DNA of 37,230 nucleotides from Verrucomicrobiales bacterium. GTDB lineage: Bacteria > Verrucomicrobiota > Verrucomicrobiia > Verrucomicrobiales > V1-33. Positions within the stretch are counted from its first letter, which is position 1. The number at the start of each line of letters is the position of its first letter. A model generated the notes under the pieces. That model was not told the origin of the DNA and searched no databases. It was given only the letters and a program-made list of their open reading frames with translations. Shown piece by piece: positions 16,474 through 25,216 of the stretch. The translations under genes and the position numbers were made by a program. The stretch lies in the NCBI GenBank assembly GCA_947462995.1, contig CANHUG010000003.1:1-37230 (forward strand). The letters are read 5' to 3'.

Positions 16474-17736
16474 TCAGAGTTGTCCGTTGAGGGCCATGGC
16501 GAGGATTTCCATGGTGTGGAGGGGTTTGGGGGCGTTTGGTTTGGGGCTGAGGTGGAGACGGATCTGGGAGAGACAGCCGATGTTGCCCATGGCGACGAAG
16601 TCGGCGGCGGTGGCGGCGATGTTAGTGGCCTTGAGGGCACCGAGGGCGGCGGCGGTTTCCGGTTCGTCGATGTTGTAGGTGCCGGCGCTGCCGCAGCAGG
16701 TATCGCCGTCTGATATTTCGCAGAGAGTGACGTCAGGGATCTGGCGGAGGAGCGAGCGAGGGGCGCTGCGGACGCCCTGGGCGTGGCTGAGGTGGCAGGC
16801 GTCGTGATAGGCGATGCGGAGCGGGCGGGATGGGGGTGGGATGGGCGGGAGGCCGAGGCGGAGGAGGTAGGAGGTGACGTCTTCGACTTTGGCGGCGAAG
16901 GCTGAGGCGGCGGATTCTTCCGGGCAGCCTTTGAGGATGAGCGGGTATTCGTGGAGGCCGGAGCCGCAGCCTGCGGCGTTGGTGAGGATGGCGTCGACGT
17001 TGTCGGGGAAGGCCTTGAGATTGCGGCGAGCGGCGGCGCGGGCGTCGTCGCCGGCACCGACGTGCCATGCGAGGGCGCCGCAGCAGCCTTGGGATTCGGG
17101 GATGACGACCTCGATTCCGGAGCGAGTGAGGACGGCGATGGTGGCGGCGTTGATTTCCGGGGCGAGGACCTGCTGGGCGCAGCCTGCGAGGAGGGCGACG
17201 CGGCCGCGGCGAGGAGACTGGGCGTGGTGGAAGGGGGCGAGGGGTTGAGCTGGCGGGAGGGAGGCTGGGAGGAGCTGGAGCATGGGGCGGAACGCCTTTG
17301 GCACGAGCCCGTGGAGCGGTTTGGTGGCGATGCCGAGACGGGCGGCGAGCCGGAATCGGTTAGGGAAGGGGAGTGTGGTGAGGAGAGTGAGACGCCGGAG
17401 TTTTTCGGTGAGGGAGCGGGAGCGGCGGTGATCGGACCATTCGCGGAACGGGCTGATGAGATCGCGGTATTTGACGCCGCTGGGGCAGGCGGTTTCGCAG
17501 GCGAGACATCCGAGACAGCTGTCGGTGTGGGGGAGAGCCTGTTCGAGCGGGAGGGAGCCTTCGAGGACGTCCTTGATGAGGAGGATGCGGCCGCGGGGGG
17601 ATTCGGCTTCTTTTCCGTGGACTTGATAGGTGGGGCAGGCGGGGAGGCAGAATCCGCAATGGACGCAAGTCTGGACGGCGTCGGCCATGGCCTGGCCGGC
17701 TGGTCCTGAGGAGAGGACGGGGATGGCTTGCTTCAT
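16474..17736 (-). CDS. glcF: Glycolate oxidase iron-sulfur subunit
   Basis: CVHCGFCLPACP, CLGCLACETACPSGV, two CCG domains (GCCGAL, TCCGSAGTYN), YHDACHL. Confidence 0.93.
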   Translation of the reverse strand: MKQAIPVLSSGPAGQAMADAVQTCVHCGFCLPACPTYQVHGKEAESPRGRILLIKDVLEGSLPLEQALPHTDSCLGCLACETACPSGVKYRDLISPFREWSDHRRSRSLTEKLRRLTLLTTLPFPNRFRLAARLGIATKPLHGLVPKAFRPMLQLLPASLPPAQPLAPFHHAQSPRRGRVALLAGCAQQVLAPEINAATIAVLTRSGIEVVIPESQGCCGALAWHVGAGDDARAAARRNLKAFPDNVDAILTNAAGCGSGLHEYPLILKGCPEESAASAFAAKVEDVTSYLLRLGLPPIPPPSRPLRIAYHDACHLSHAQGVRSAPRSLLRQIPDVTLCEISDGDTCCGSAGTYNIDEPETAAALGALKATNIAATAADFVAMGNIGCLSQIRLHLSPKPNAPKPLHTMEILAMALNGQL

Positions 17737-18818
17737 GGGGTTGAGAGCGGGAGGAATTTGCGGAGCGGGTCGAGAGCGGAGGAGACGCGGGCTTCCATGA
17801 GGGAAGCGTTAGGGATGCCGGGGCGGACGGGGCCGGGGCCGCGGAGGCGGAGACCGGAGAGGCCGAGATTGGATAGGATGGCGTCGAGGGCGGGGGCGTC
17901 GGGCGAGGAGATGAGGGCGAGATTTCCGGCCATGCTGTAGTGTCTGGCGGCACCGATGGAGGCGAGGGCGGCGTCGAGGTCGGGGATGCGGTGGAGCGTG
18001 GTGGGGACCTTGACGAGCGGGGAGAGGGCGTCGGTTCCGGGGAAGATGAGATCGTTGAGGGGATTCCAGAAGGAAGCGGCTTCGTGGTCGGAGAGGAGTT
18101 GGGCGGCTGGGCCGAAGGAGGCGGCGATGCGGTTGATGCGGGAGGCGAGGGCGGAGGCGTCGCCCATGAAGCGAGCGAGGATGCGGATGGGCGGGCCTGG
18201 GAAGATTTCGGCGGCTTCGACTTCCCATGTCTGGGCGGAGAGGTGGGCGATTTTTTCGAGGGCGTCGGGGAGAGAGGAGCAGGTGATGGCGATGGACTGG
18301 CGTGCTTCGGGGGCTGGGAAGACCTTGAAGGAGAGTTCTGTGAGGATGCCGAGGCGGCCGATGGAGCCGGTGAAGAGTTTGGGGAAGTCGAAGCCGGCGG
18401 CATTTTTGACGACCTTGCCGCCGCCGCGGACGATCTGGCCTGAGCCGTCGACCCAGCGGATGCCGATGAGGAAGTCGCGGATGCCGCCGTAGCGGAGCCT
18501 GCCGGGGCCGCTCATGGCGGCGGCGACGGATCCTGCGAGGGTGGCACCGGCGCTGGCGAGGGGAGGGTCGAAGGGGAGGTACTGGCCGTTGGCGGCGAGG
18601 AGGGAGGCGACGTCGCGGAGGGGGGTGGCGGCGCGGGCGGTGAAGGTGTATTCGGTGGGCTCGTATTCGACGATGCCTGAGAAGGCGCGGAGGTCGAGGA
18701 GGGTGACGCCTTCTGAGGGGGAGAGGGCGGGTTTGGTGCGGCCGGCGAAGGGGAGCACGCGGGTTTCGGCGCGGACGGCGTCGCAGAGTGCGGGTTCGTC
18801 GGGGGGATGGAGAATCAT
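17733..18818 (-). CDS. glcE: Glycolate oxidase FAD-binding subunit
   Basis: GIVEYEPTEYTFTARA, QYLPFDPP, GPGRLRYGGIRDF, GGKVVKNAAGFDFPKLFTGSIGRLG; overlaps the glcF start; start chosen at ATG 18818 behind AGGAG. Confidence 0.88.
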   Translation of the reverse strand: MILHPPDEPALCDAVRAETRVLPFAGRTKPALSPSEGVTLLDLRAFSGIVEYEPTEYTFTARAATPLRDVASLLAANGQYLPFDPPLASAGATLAGSVAAAMSGPGRLRYGGIRDFLIGIRWVDGSGQIVRGGGKVVKNAAGFDFPKLFTGSIGRLGILTELSFKVFPAPEARQSIAITCSSLPDALEKIAHLSAQTWEVEAAEIFPGPPIRILARFMGDASALASRINRIAASFGPAAQLLSDHEAASFWNPLNDLIFPGTDALSPLVKVPTTLHRIPDLDAALASIGAARHYSMAGNLALISSPDAPALDAILSNLGLSGLRLRGPGPVRPGIPNASLMEARVSSALDPLRKFLPLSTP

Positions 18819-18900
18819 CAGCTCCTGAATGGGGCTGAGGGGATGGGAAATCAAGACCTGCGTGGGCCGCAGGTGAGCGGATGGGGGGAGGCGGGAGAGG

Positions 18901-20388
18901 TCAAGGAGTCCAGCGCCAGCGTGGATCGCGGATGAGCTGGAGGGCGTCGCTGATGGAGATGGCGGCGTCGGCGCGGGAGGCGAAGGCGGCTTGGTGGGCG
19001 GCGAGGCGCTGGAGTTCTGAGGGGTCTGGGTCGTGGGGCATGGCGTGTGGGACGTTCATGCCGACGAGCATGGCGAGGTAGCCTTCGATGCCGAACTGGT
19101 CGTTTTCGGAGATGGAGACGGCCTTGGCGAGGAGGCTGGGGCCGTTTTCGGAGTAGAAGTCGACGATGTCCTGAGCGCCGTGGAGGGCGGTGTTAGAGCG
19201 AGCGTGTTGCCAGAAGGGAGTGTTGAGTCTGGAGTTGAAGCGGTAGTGGAGGGCGAGGAAGTCGCGGATTTCGTCCCAGCGAGCGGCCATGAAGCGGTTG
19301 TAGACGTCCTTGAGGTGAGGGCCGGGTTGACCGAGGGAATCGATGAGGGAATCTGCGATGGTGCGGCACTGGGCGCAGAGGATCATGAGTGCGGTGGCTT
19401 CGAGTGGTTCGACGAAGCCTGCGGCGTTGCCGACGGCGACGGTGTTGCCGATCCATGAGCGCTGGTAGCGACCGGAGCGGAAGTGGACGATGCGGGTGTT
19501 GGTGACGGCGGGGTTTTTGGCGCGGAATTCTGCTTCGGCGTCGGAGTCGGAGACGAAGGCGGAGGAGTAGACGTAGCCGCGATTGACGTGGTGTTCGTGG
19601 TCGATGCGCCAGCACCAGCCGTGGTCCATGGTTTCTGCGGTGGTGAAGGGGTCGATGGGTTCGTTGGGGAGACGTTCGCGCGGGCCGATGATGGCGCGGT
19701 CGCAGAAGAGGGAGTCGGAGAAGCTGATGAAGGGTTCAGCGAATTCGTTGCCGATGAGGCGGGAGTGGAAGCCAGAGGCGTCGATGAAGAAGTCTGCGTG
19801 GCGGGTGCCGCCGTTGCGGAGGCCGAGGGAGGTGATGGAGTCGCCGTGGCGCTGGACGGATTCGACGGTGTCGTCTTCGATGAGGACGCCGAGGGCTGCG
19901 GCCTGCCATTCGAGGTAGCCGACGAGTTTGATGTTTTCGATGTGGTAGGCGAGGCTGCTGACGGGGATGATGGGGCGGTTTTGGGGGTCGCGGACGAAGG
20001 CTTTGCGGCGGGCCATGAGGGCGGCGGAGAGACTCATGTCCTGCAGGGAGGAGGAGCAGTAGAAGCCGTTGTTGCGGGGGAGGTCAGTGAATCGAGAGGA
20101 GAACTGTGGGTCGAAGGTGTAGGGGAATTCACTGCGTTCGCCCCAGAGGAAGCGGATGCCGAGTTTCCATGTGGGTTGGGCGCGTTCGTAGAAGTCTTTT
20201 GGTGGGAGGCGGAGGTAGCGGTGGAGGTGGAGAGGGAAGAAAGGGGTGGTGCCTTCGCCGACGCCGATGATGCCGATTTCCGGGCTGCGGACGACGGAGA
20301 CGTCGAGGTGAGGGAGGATGCGTTTGAGGGTGATGGCGGCGATGAGGCCGGCGGAGCCGCCGCCGAGGACGAGGACCTTTTGGATCAT
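18901..20388 (-). CDS. Flavin-dependent halogenase (tryptophan halogenase family)
   Basis: GGGSAG, IGVGEGT, catalytic Lys region TWKLGIRF, DASGF, WCWRI (WxWxI), GFVEPLEAT. Confidence 0.92.
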   Translation of the reverse strand: MIQKVLVLGGGSAGLIAAITLKRILPHLDVSVVRSPEIGIIGVGEGTTPFFPLHLHRYLRLPPKDFYERAQPTWKLGIRFLWGERSEFPYTFDPQFSSRFTDLPRNNGFYCSSSLQDMSLSAALMARRKAFVRDPQNRPIIPVSSLAYHIENIKLVGYLEWQAAALGVLIEDDTVESVQRHGDSITSLGLRNGGTRHADFFIDASGFHSRLIGNEFAEPFISFSDSLFCDRAIIGPRERLPNEPIDPFTTAETMDHGWCWRIDHEHHVNRGYVYSSAFVSDSDAEAEFRAKNPAVTNTRIVHFRSGRYQRSWIGNTVAVGNAAGFVEPLEATALMILCAQCRTIADSLIDSLGQPGPHLKDVYNRFMAARWDEIRDFLALHYRFNSRLNTPFWQHARSNTALHGAQDIVDFYSENGPSLLAKAVSISENDQFGIEGYLAMLVGMNVPHAMPHDPDPSELQRLAAHQAAFASRADAAISISDALQLIRDPRWRWTP

Positions 20389-20401
20389 GGGGCGATGAGG
20401 G

Positions 20402-20439
20402 AAAAAGAAACCGGCCGTTCCATGGGATGGAACGGCCGG
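20402..20439 (-). terminator. Intrinsic terminator after the PEP-CTERM gene
   Basis: Perfect 13-bp stem CCGGCCGTTCCAT/ATGGAACGGCCGG followed by UUUCUUUUU on the minus strand. Confidence 0.85.
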
Positions 20440-20472
20440 GTGAAAGGCACGGTGATGAGTGCGGCCGGGGTG

Positions 20473-21237
20473 TTAGTTCCTGCGGCGGCGGGCGGCGAGG
20501 CCGAGGAGCGAGGCGGCGGCGAGGAGGGCGGAGCCTGGTTCTGGGACCTGTTCGATGACGATGCCGGTGATGCTGCCGCGGGAGTTGCCGGAGCGCGTCG
20601 GGGCGGTGATGGTGAGGGTGGCGGCGGTCTGGGCACCGGAGAGCCAGTAGTTGCCTGCCTGGGAGGCGGTGAGGAGACTCCACTGGGAACCTGTGGAGGC
20701 GACGCTGCTGGACATGGTGGCGTAGGCCTGGGAGGGCGCGCCGAGGACGGGGGTGCCGTTCACGGAGAAGTCGAGCGTGGTGTAGAGGGTAGCGGACTGG
20801 TCGCTGGCGAGGAGTCCATAGACCCTGTACTCCGGGTAAGGGATATTGGTGACGGTGAGGGAGATGCCGGAGTTGCCGTCATCGAGGTAACCGACGGCGA
20901 GGCGTGCCTGGTCGTCAGCGGTGCCGTCTGAATTCCACCATGTATTGGAGGAGTTCCATGCGATGGCTGCGGTGGTGGCTGAGCCGTTGCTGTCGACGAG
21001 ATTGGAGAGGGTGCCGGAGGCGAGGGAGCCGGCGCGTGTGGGGAGGATGGCGGACCCGGGAGGATTATTGGTGGTATTGAAGTTACCTGCGGCGATGCCG
21101 GTGGGGCCGACTGGAGCGGCTGGGTTGATCCAGCCTTGATTGGAGTCGTTTTCGGAAAAATTGACACCGATGGAGGCGGCGTCGGCGGTGGCGGCGGCTC
21201 CGAGGGCGAGGCAGGCGGCGAGGTATTCTTTTCTCAT
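20473..21237 (-). CDS. PEP-CTERM exosortase substrate (surface protein)
   Basis: Signal peptide; S/T/N/G-rich body; C-terminal VPEPGSALLAAASLLGLAARRRR. Confidence 0.93.
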   Translation of the reverse strand: MRKEYLAACLALGAAATADAASIGVNFSENDSNQGWINPAAPVGPTGIAAGNFNTTNNPPGSAILPTRAGSLASGTLSNLVDSNGSATTAAIAWNSSNTWWNSDGTADDQARLAVGYLDDGNSGISLTVTNIPYPEYRVYGLLASDQSATLYTTLDFSVNGTPVLGAPSQAYATMSSSVASTGSQWSLLTASQAGNYWLSGAQTAATLTITAPTRSGNSRGSITGIVIEQVPEPGSALLAAASLLGLAARRRRN

Positions 21238-21268
21238 GAAAGGGGATGCTGTTAAAATTTGAAATTAT

Positions 21269-21296
21269 TTTTTAATGAGGGGTGCTGTGGTGTCAA
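21269..21296 (-). promoter_or_regulatory. Putative sigma70 promoter of the PEP-CTERM gene
   Basis: TTGACA-N16-TAAAAA on the minus strand in an AT-rich gap. Confidence 0.45.
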
Positions 21297-21300
21297 GCGC

Positions 21301-22197
21301 TTACTGGGGCTGAGGTTTGGAGGCGTTGACCTTGCGGATTTGTTCCTGTTCGATGGCGAGGCGCTGTTCGCGGAGTTTGGAGTACTGGGCGCGTTTGGGT
21401 TCGATGGATTTGCGGAGCCCGTCTGCTTTTTTGAAGAAGGCGCGGCGTGCGGTGGCGGCGGCGTCGCCGGTGAGGCCTTTATTGATGACTGCGCGGAAGC
21501 CTTCCTGGGTGACGCGGTTGGCCTCCATCTGGAGTTCGCGGATTTCTGTGGAGAGCTTGACTTCCTGTTCGTAGATGGCGTCGACCTTGCCTTTGGCGGC
21601 GTCGGCGAGGTCAGCTGGGGAGAGGGGTTCCTCGGTTTTTTCTTTGACCTTGCCTGCGAGGGCTTCGTTGCCGCTGTCGGGGACGTAGTCGAGACAGTAT
21701 TTTTTGACCCAGCCGTCGGGGAGGTCGTTGGCGAGGATGCGTTTGACGCCGCCGTCGTGCTGGATGCTGACGAAGCCCTCGCCGAATTTGCTGATGCTGG
21801 CGGCTTTGAGGATTTCGCCGGAGGGGAGCGTGATTTCGGGGAACGTCTGTTGTTTGGCGTTGAGGCGGACTTCTTCGACGGAGGTTTCGAAGGATTTGAT
21901 AGCGGCTTCCCAATCCGCGTTGAGGGTGGCGAGTTCGTCGCGGAGGGAGCCGATTTCCTGTTCGAGTTTGACGGCGTCTTTGACTTCGGCCTCTTTGGCG
22001 AGATTGCGGAGGGGTTCGAGTTTTTTGGTGAGGAACTCGATATCGCTTTTCCGCTGGACGAGGTTGCCTTCGATGGTGCGGAGTTCGGTTTCGGTGCCGG
22101 TGTATTCTTCGGCGCGTTTGTTACGGTCCCAGAGGTAGAAGACGCCGCCGCCGAGGAGCAGCATGACGAGGAGAGTGCGGATGCCCGAGGTGTCCAT
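21301..22197 (-). CDS. Membrane-anchored coiled-coil hypothetical protein
   Basis: N-terminal TM helix; coiled coils flanking a small beta domain (ITLPSGEILKAASISKFGEGFVSIQHDGGVKRILANDLP). Confidence 0.8.
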   Translation of the reverse strand: MDTSGIRTLLVMLLLGGGVFYLWDRNKRAEEYTGTETELRTIEGNLVQRKSDIEFLTKKLEPLRNLAKEAEVKDAVKLEQEIGSLRDELATLNADWEAAIKSFETSVEEVRLNAKQQTFPEITLPSGEILKAASISKFGEGFVSIQHDGGVKRILANDLPDGWVKKYCLDYVPDSGNEALAGKVKEKTEEPLSPADLADAAKGKVDAIYEQEVKLSTEIRELQMEANRVTQEGFRAVINKGLTGDAAATARRAFFKKADGLRKSIEPKRAQYSKLREQRLAIEQEQIRKVNASKPQPQ

Positions 22198-22208
22198 GGT
22201 GGTGGTGG

Positions 22209-22580
22209 TCAGTTGGGCTTGGAAGCGGCGAGGGTTTCGCGGTTGGCGGTTTCGCCTGCCTTGAGGGTGGCGATTTTTTCTTGAACCTGGCTGCGGAGGT
22301 CGACGAGGGAGTCGCGTTCTTCCATGAGGGATTCTGCTTGTTTGCGGGCGTCTGCGGCGGACTGGCCTTCGAATTTTCGGAGGGAGGCGGATTCCTTTTC
22401 GAGTTCAGCGAACTGAGCGGAGAGGGTGACGAGTTCGGCTCTGGAGGTTTCGGTTTTGAGGGTGATTTCCTTGAGTTGGGCGTCATTGACTGCCGGGGAG
22501 CAGTTGGAGAGGCAGAGGCAAGGGATGAGGAGGAGGACGGACCTTGAGGAGCGTGGACTTGGGGAATCGGGGAGGCGCAT
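22209..22580 (-). CDS. Small coiled-coil putative lipoprotein
   Basis: Likely start MRLPDS (22580); hydrophobic stretch then LSN-C; heptad-rich remainder; 11 nt upstream of 22197. Confidence 0.65.
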   Translation of the reverse strand: MRLPDSPSPRSSRSVLLLIPCLCLSNCSPAVNDAQLKEITLKTETSRAELVTLSAQFAELEKESASLRKFEGQSAADARKQAESLMEERDSLVDLRSQVQEKIATLKAGETANRETLAASKPN

Positions 22581-22665
22581 GGGGTTGCAGGGGAACTGCC
22601 GATATGATGAGAACCGGTCAGCATCCTGCAAGGCCGCAGATGCAGCCTTGCCTTTAATCGTCCTG

Positions 22666-23988
22666 TCATTTTCCACCGTTTGCCATGCGGTCGAGGGTGC
22701 GGCGCATGATGGCGAGGGCGGTATTGATTTCGTCGGTGGAGACGTTGAGAGGAGGGAGCCAGCGGACGACGAGAGGGCCTGCGGCGACGGTGAGGAGGCC
22801 ATCGTTCATGAGGGCTTTGACTACGGCGAGGGAGGCCATGCCGTTGGAGGGTTTCCATGAGCCTGAGGCTTCGAGGGCGTCGGGGTTGATTTCGAAGCCG
22901 ATGAGGAGGCCGAGGCCTCTAGCTGAGGCGATGAGCGGGTGGTGCCATGCGTTGACGGTGCGGACGATGTCTGCGCCGAGGGAGGCGGAGGCGGCGCAGA
23001 GGTTGAGGCGTTTGATTTCGGAGAGGACGGCGAGAGCGACGGCGCAGCCGAGGGGGTTGCCGCCGTAGGTGGTGCCGTGGGAGCCTGGTCCGAGGACGTC
23101 GCAGAGGGGGAGGTGGTCGGAGGATGAGACTGGGCGGTCGCGGATCCAGACGGCGCCGAGGGGGAAGCCGCCGGCGATGCCCTTGGCCCAGCTGACGGCG
23201 TCCGGGGTGAGGTTTGGGGCGATGGGTTTCCAGCCGCACCAATGGCCGGTACGGCCGAGGCCGGACTGGACCTCGTCGAGGAGGAGGAGGGCGTTGTGGC
23301 GGCGGCAGAGCTGTTCGCAGGCTTGGAGGAATTCCGGGGAGGCGATGTGGATGCCGCCTTCGCCTTGGACGGGTTCGAGGAGGATGGCGACGGTGTCTTC
23401 GTTGAAGGCGGCTTCGAGAGCGGCGATGTCGTTGAAGGGGAGGTGGGAGAAGCCTTCGAGCAGGGGGCCGAAGCCGGTTTTGACCTTATCCTGGCCGGTG
23501 GCGGAGATGCCGCCGAAGGTTCTGCCGTGGAAGCTGTTGTTGAAGGAGATGATGCCGCGGCGCGGGGAGCCGTCGGCTTTCGGGGTGAGGTGGCCGAATT
23601 TGCGAGCGAGTTTGAGGAGGGCCTCGTTGGCTTCGGCGCCGGAGTTGCAGAAGAGGCACTTGCCGGGCGATTCCATGACGGTTTCGACGAGGAAGCGTCC
23701 GAGTTCGCCCTGGCCGCGGATCTGGTACCAGTTGGAGCAGTGGATGAGGCGGTGGCCCTGTTCGGTGAGGGCGGTGGTGATGGCCGGTGGGCAATGGCCG
23801 AGGGAGCAGACGGCGACGCCGCCGCCGAAGTCGAGGAACTGGCGGCCGCTTTCGTCGTAGAGCCATGAGCCTTCGCCGCGTTGGGGGGCGAGGGGGAGAC
23901 GGCCGTAGTTCGGGACGGTGTATTTTGCGAGGAGGTGGGCTGTGGAGGCGGAGGATGCCTCGGCGACCGCGGGGACGGGGAAGTTCAT
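22666..23988 (-). CDS. argD: Acetylornithine aminotransferase
   Basis: FCNSGAEANE, SFHGRT, EPVQGEGG, DEVQSGLGRTG, AKGIAGGFPLG, HGTTYGGNPL; downstream of argB; start MNFPVP. Confidence 0.93.
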   Translation of the reverse strand: MNFPVPAVAEASSASTAHLLAKYTVPNYGRLPLAPQRGEGSWLYDESGRQFLDFGGGVAVCSLGHCPPAITTALTEQGHRLIHCSNWYQIRGQGELGRFLVETVMESPGKCLFCNSGAEANEALLKLARKFGHLTPKADGSPRRGIISFNNSFHGRTFGGISATGQDKVKTGFGPLLEGFSHLPFNDIAALEAAFNEDTVAILLEPVQGEGGIHIASPEFLQACEQLCRRHNALLLLDEVQSGLGRTGHWCGWKPIAPNLTPDAVSWAKGIAGGFPLGAVWIRDRPVSSSDHLPLCDVLGPGSHGTTYGGNPLGCAVALAVLSEIKRLNLCAASASLGADIVRTVNAWHHPLIASARGLGLLIGFEINPDALEASGSWKPSNGMASLAVVKALMNDGLLTVAAGPLVVRWLPPLNVSTDEINTALAIMRRTLDRMANGGK

Positions 23989-24013
23989 GGGAAGGGGCGG
24001 CGGAGGTGGGGAA

Positions 24014-24913
24014 TCAGGGCACGATTTCGGTGCCGATGCCCTGATTGGTGAAGATTTCGAGGAGGAGACTGTGGGGGATGCGGCCATCGATCATGTGGAC
24101 CTTCTGGACTCCGGCATCGAGAGCGGAGAGGGCGGAGCGGACCTTGGGGATCATGCCGCCGGTGATGACGCGTTCATTGACGAGCCGTTCGACGCCGGCG
24201 CGGTCGAGGGAGGGGATGAGGGAGGCTGGGTCGGCGGGGTTGTGCATGACGCCGAGGACGTCGGAGATGTAGACGAATTTGGAGGCGCGGAGTTTACCGG
24301 CGAGGGAGGCGGCGGCGATGTCGGCATTGACGTTGAGGACGTGGTCGGTGCCTTCTTCGCTGGCGACAGGGGAGATGACGGGTACTTCCTCGCGATGGAT
24401 GGCAGCGAGGACCTCGGCGGGGCGGAACCCGTGGACGGAGCCGACGAAGCCGAGGTCGACGGGTTGACCGTCTTCGCCTTTTACGGGAGGGGAGCGGTGG
24501 CCGAGGAAGACGTCGCGGCCGCGGAGGCCGACGGCGCGGCCGCCGAATTGGCGGATGGTGTCGACGAGGTCGCGGTTGACGACGTTCTGGAGAGTATCTT
24601 CGACGATGGAAATGGCTTGAGCGTCAGTGACTCGCAGGCCGCCGACGAAGCGTGCGGGGAGACCTTTTTCGGCCATGGCTTTGGAGATGGCCTTGCCGCC
24701 GCCGTGGACGACGACTGGATTGATGCCGGCGAGTTCCATGAAGACGATGTCGCGGAGGAGGCCCTGGACGAGATCCGGGTCGTCCATGGCGCTGCCGCCG
24801 AATTTGATGAGGAAGGTTTGGCCGCGGAAGCGCTGGAGCCATGGCATGGCCTCGATGAGGACACTGGCTTTTGCGATTTGTTCGGCAAAACGTTCGTTCG
24901 TCGTCTGGATCAT
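24014..24913 (-). CDS. argB: Acetylglutamate kinase
   Basis: IKFGGSAM, VHGGGKAI, GLRVTD, NVNADIAA, GGMIPKV, IDGRIPHSLLLEIFT; start MIQTTNE. Confidence 0.96.
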   Translation of the reverse strand: MIQTTNERFAEQIAKASVLIEAMPWLQRFRGQTFLIKFGGSAMDDPDLVQGLLRDIVFMELAGINPVVVHGGGKAISKAMAEKGLPARFVGGLRVTDAQAISIVEDTLQNVVNRDLVDTIRQFGGRAVGLRGRDVFLGHRSPPVKGEDGQPVDLGFVGSVHGFRPAEVLAAIHREEVPVISPVASEEGTDHVLNVNADIAAASLAGKLRASKFVYISDVLGVMHNPADPASLIPSLDRAGVERLVNERVITGGMIPKVRSALSALDAGVQKVHMIDGRIPHSLLLEIFTNQGIGTEIVP

Positions 24914-25162
24914 GGGAAAGCTGGTGAGGAGGGGCTTTTGTAGCACAAGTGCAAGGGAATGCGGGCTGAAAAATGGGGAAGAAGGCGTGGGTGGCGTGGG
25001 CTGGGGAGGGGGGTGAGCCCCGATTCCGGGAGATTTTCCCGTTGCGTGGAGGCGGACTGTCTCGGAGGAAACTGTGCACATTTTGCGACGAACTTTGGAG
25101 AGCCGCCCCCCGCGAGCTGAGGAATCAGGGAGTTGCAAAGCTTCAAAATTTTCCGTCTTTCT

Positions 25163-25193
25163 GCTTGTGAAATTTTTCACAAGCTCATACGAT
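25163..25193 (+). promoter_or_regulatory. Rex-type operator TTGTGAA-ATTT-TTCACAA overlapping a putative promoter (TTGTGA-N17-TACGAT)
   Basis: Palindrome 25163-25184 with perfect 9-bp arms; matches the Rex consensus TTGTGAAN4TTCACAA (also fits CRP-family TGTGA-N6-TCACA). Confidence 0.75.
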
Positions 25194-25216
25194 CCGGTCC
25201 GCTTCTCCATTCACCC

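Noticed and set aside
22628-22651. Hairpin GCAAGGC-cgcagatgca-GCCTTGC after argD
   Set aside because: No U-tract in the argD direction; cannot be called a terminator or REP from a single copy.
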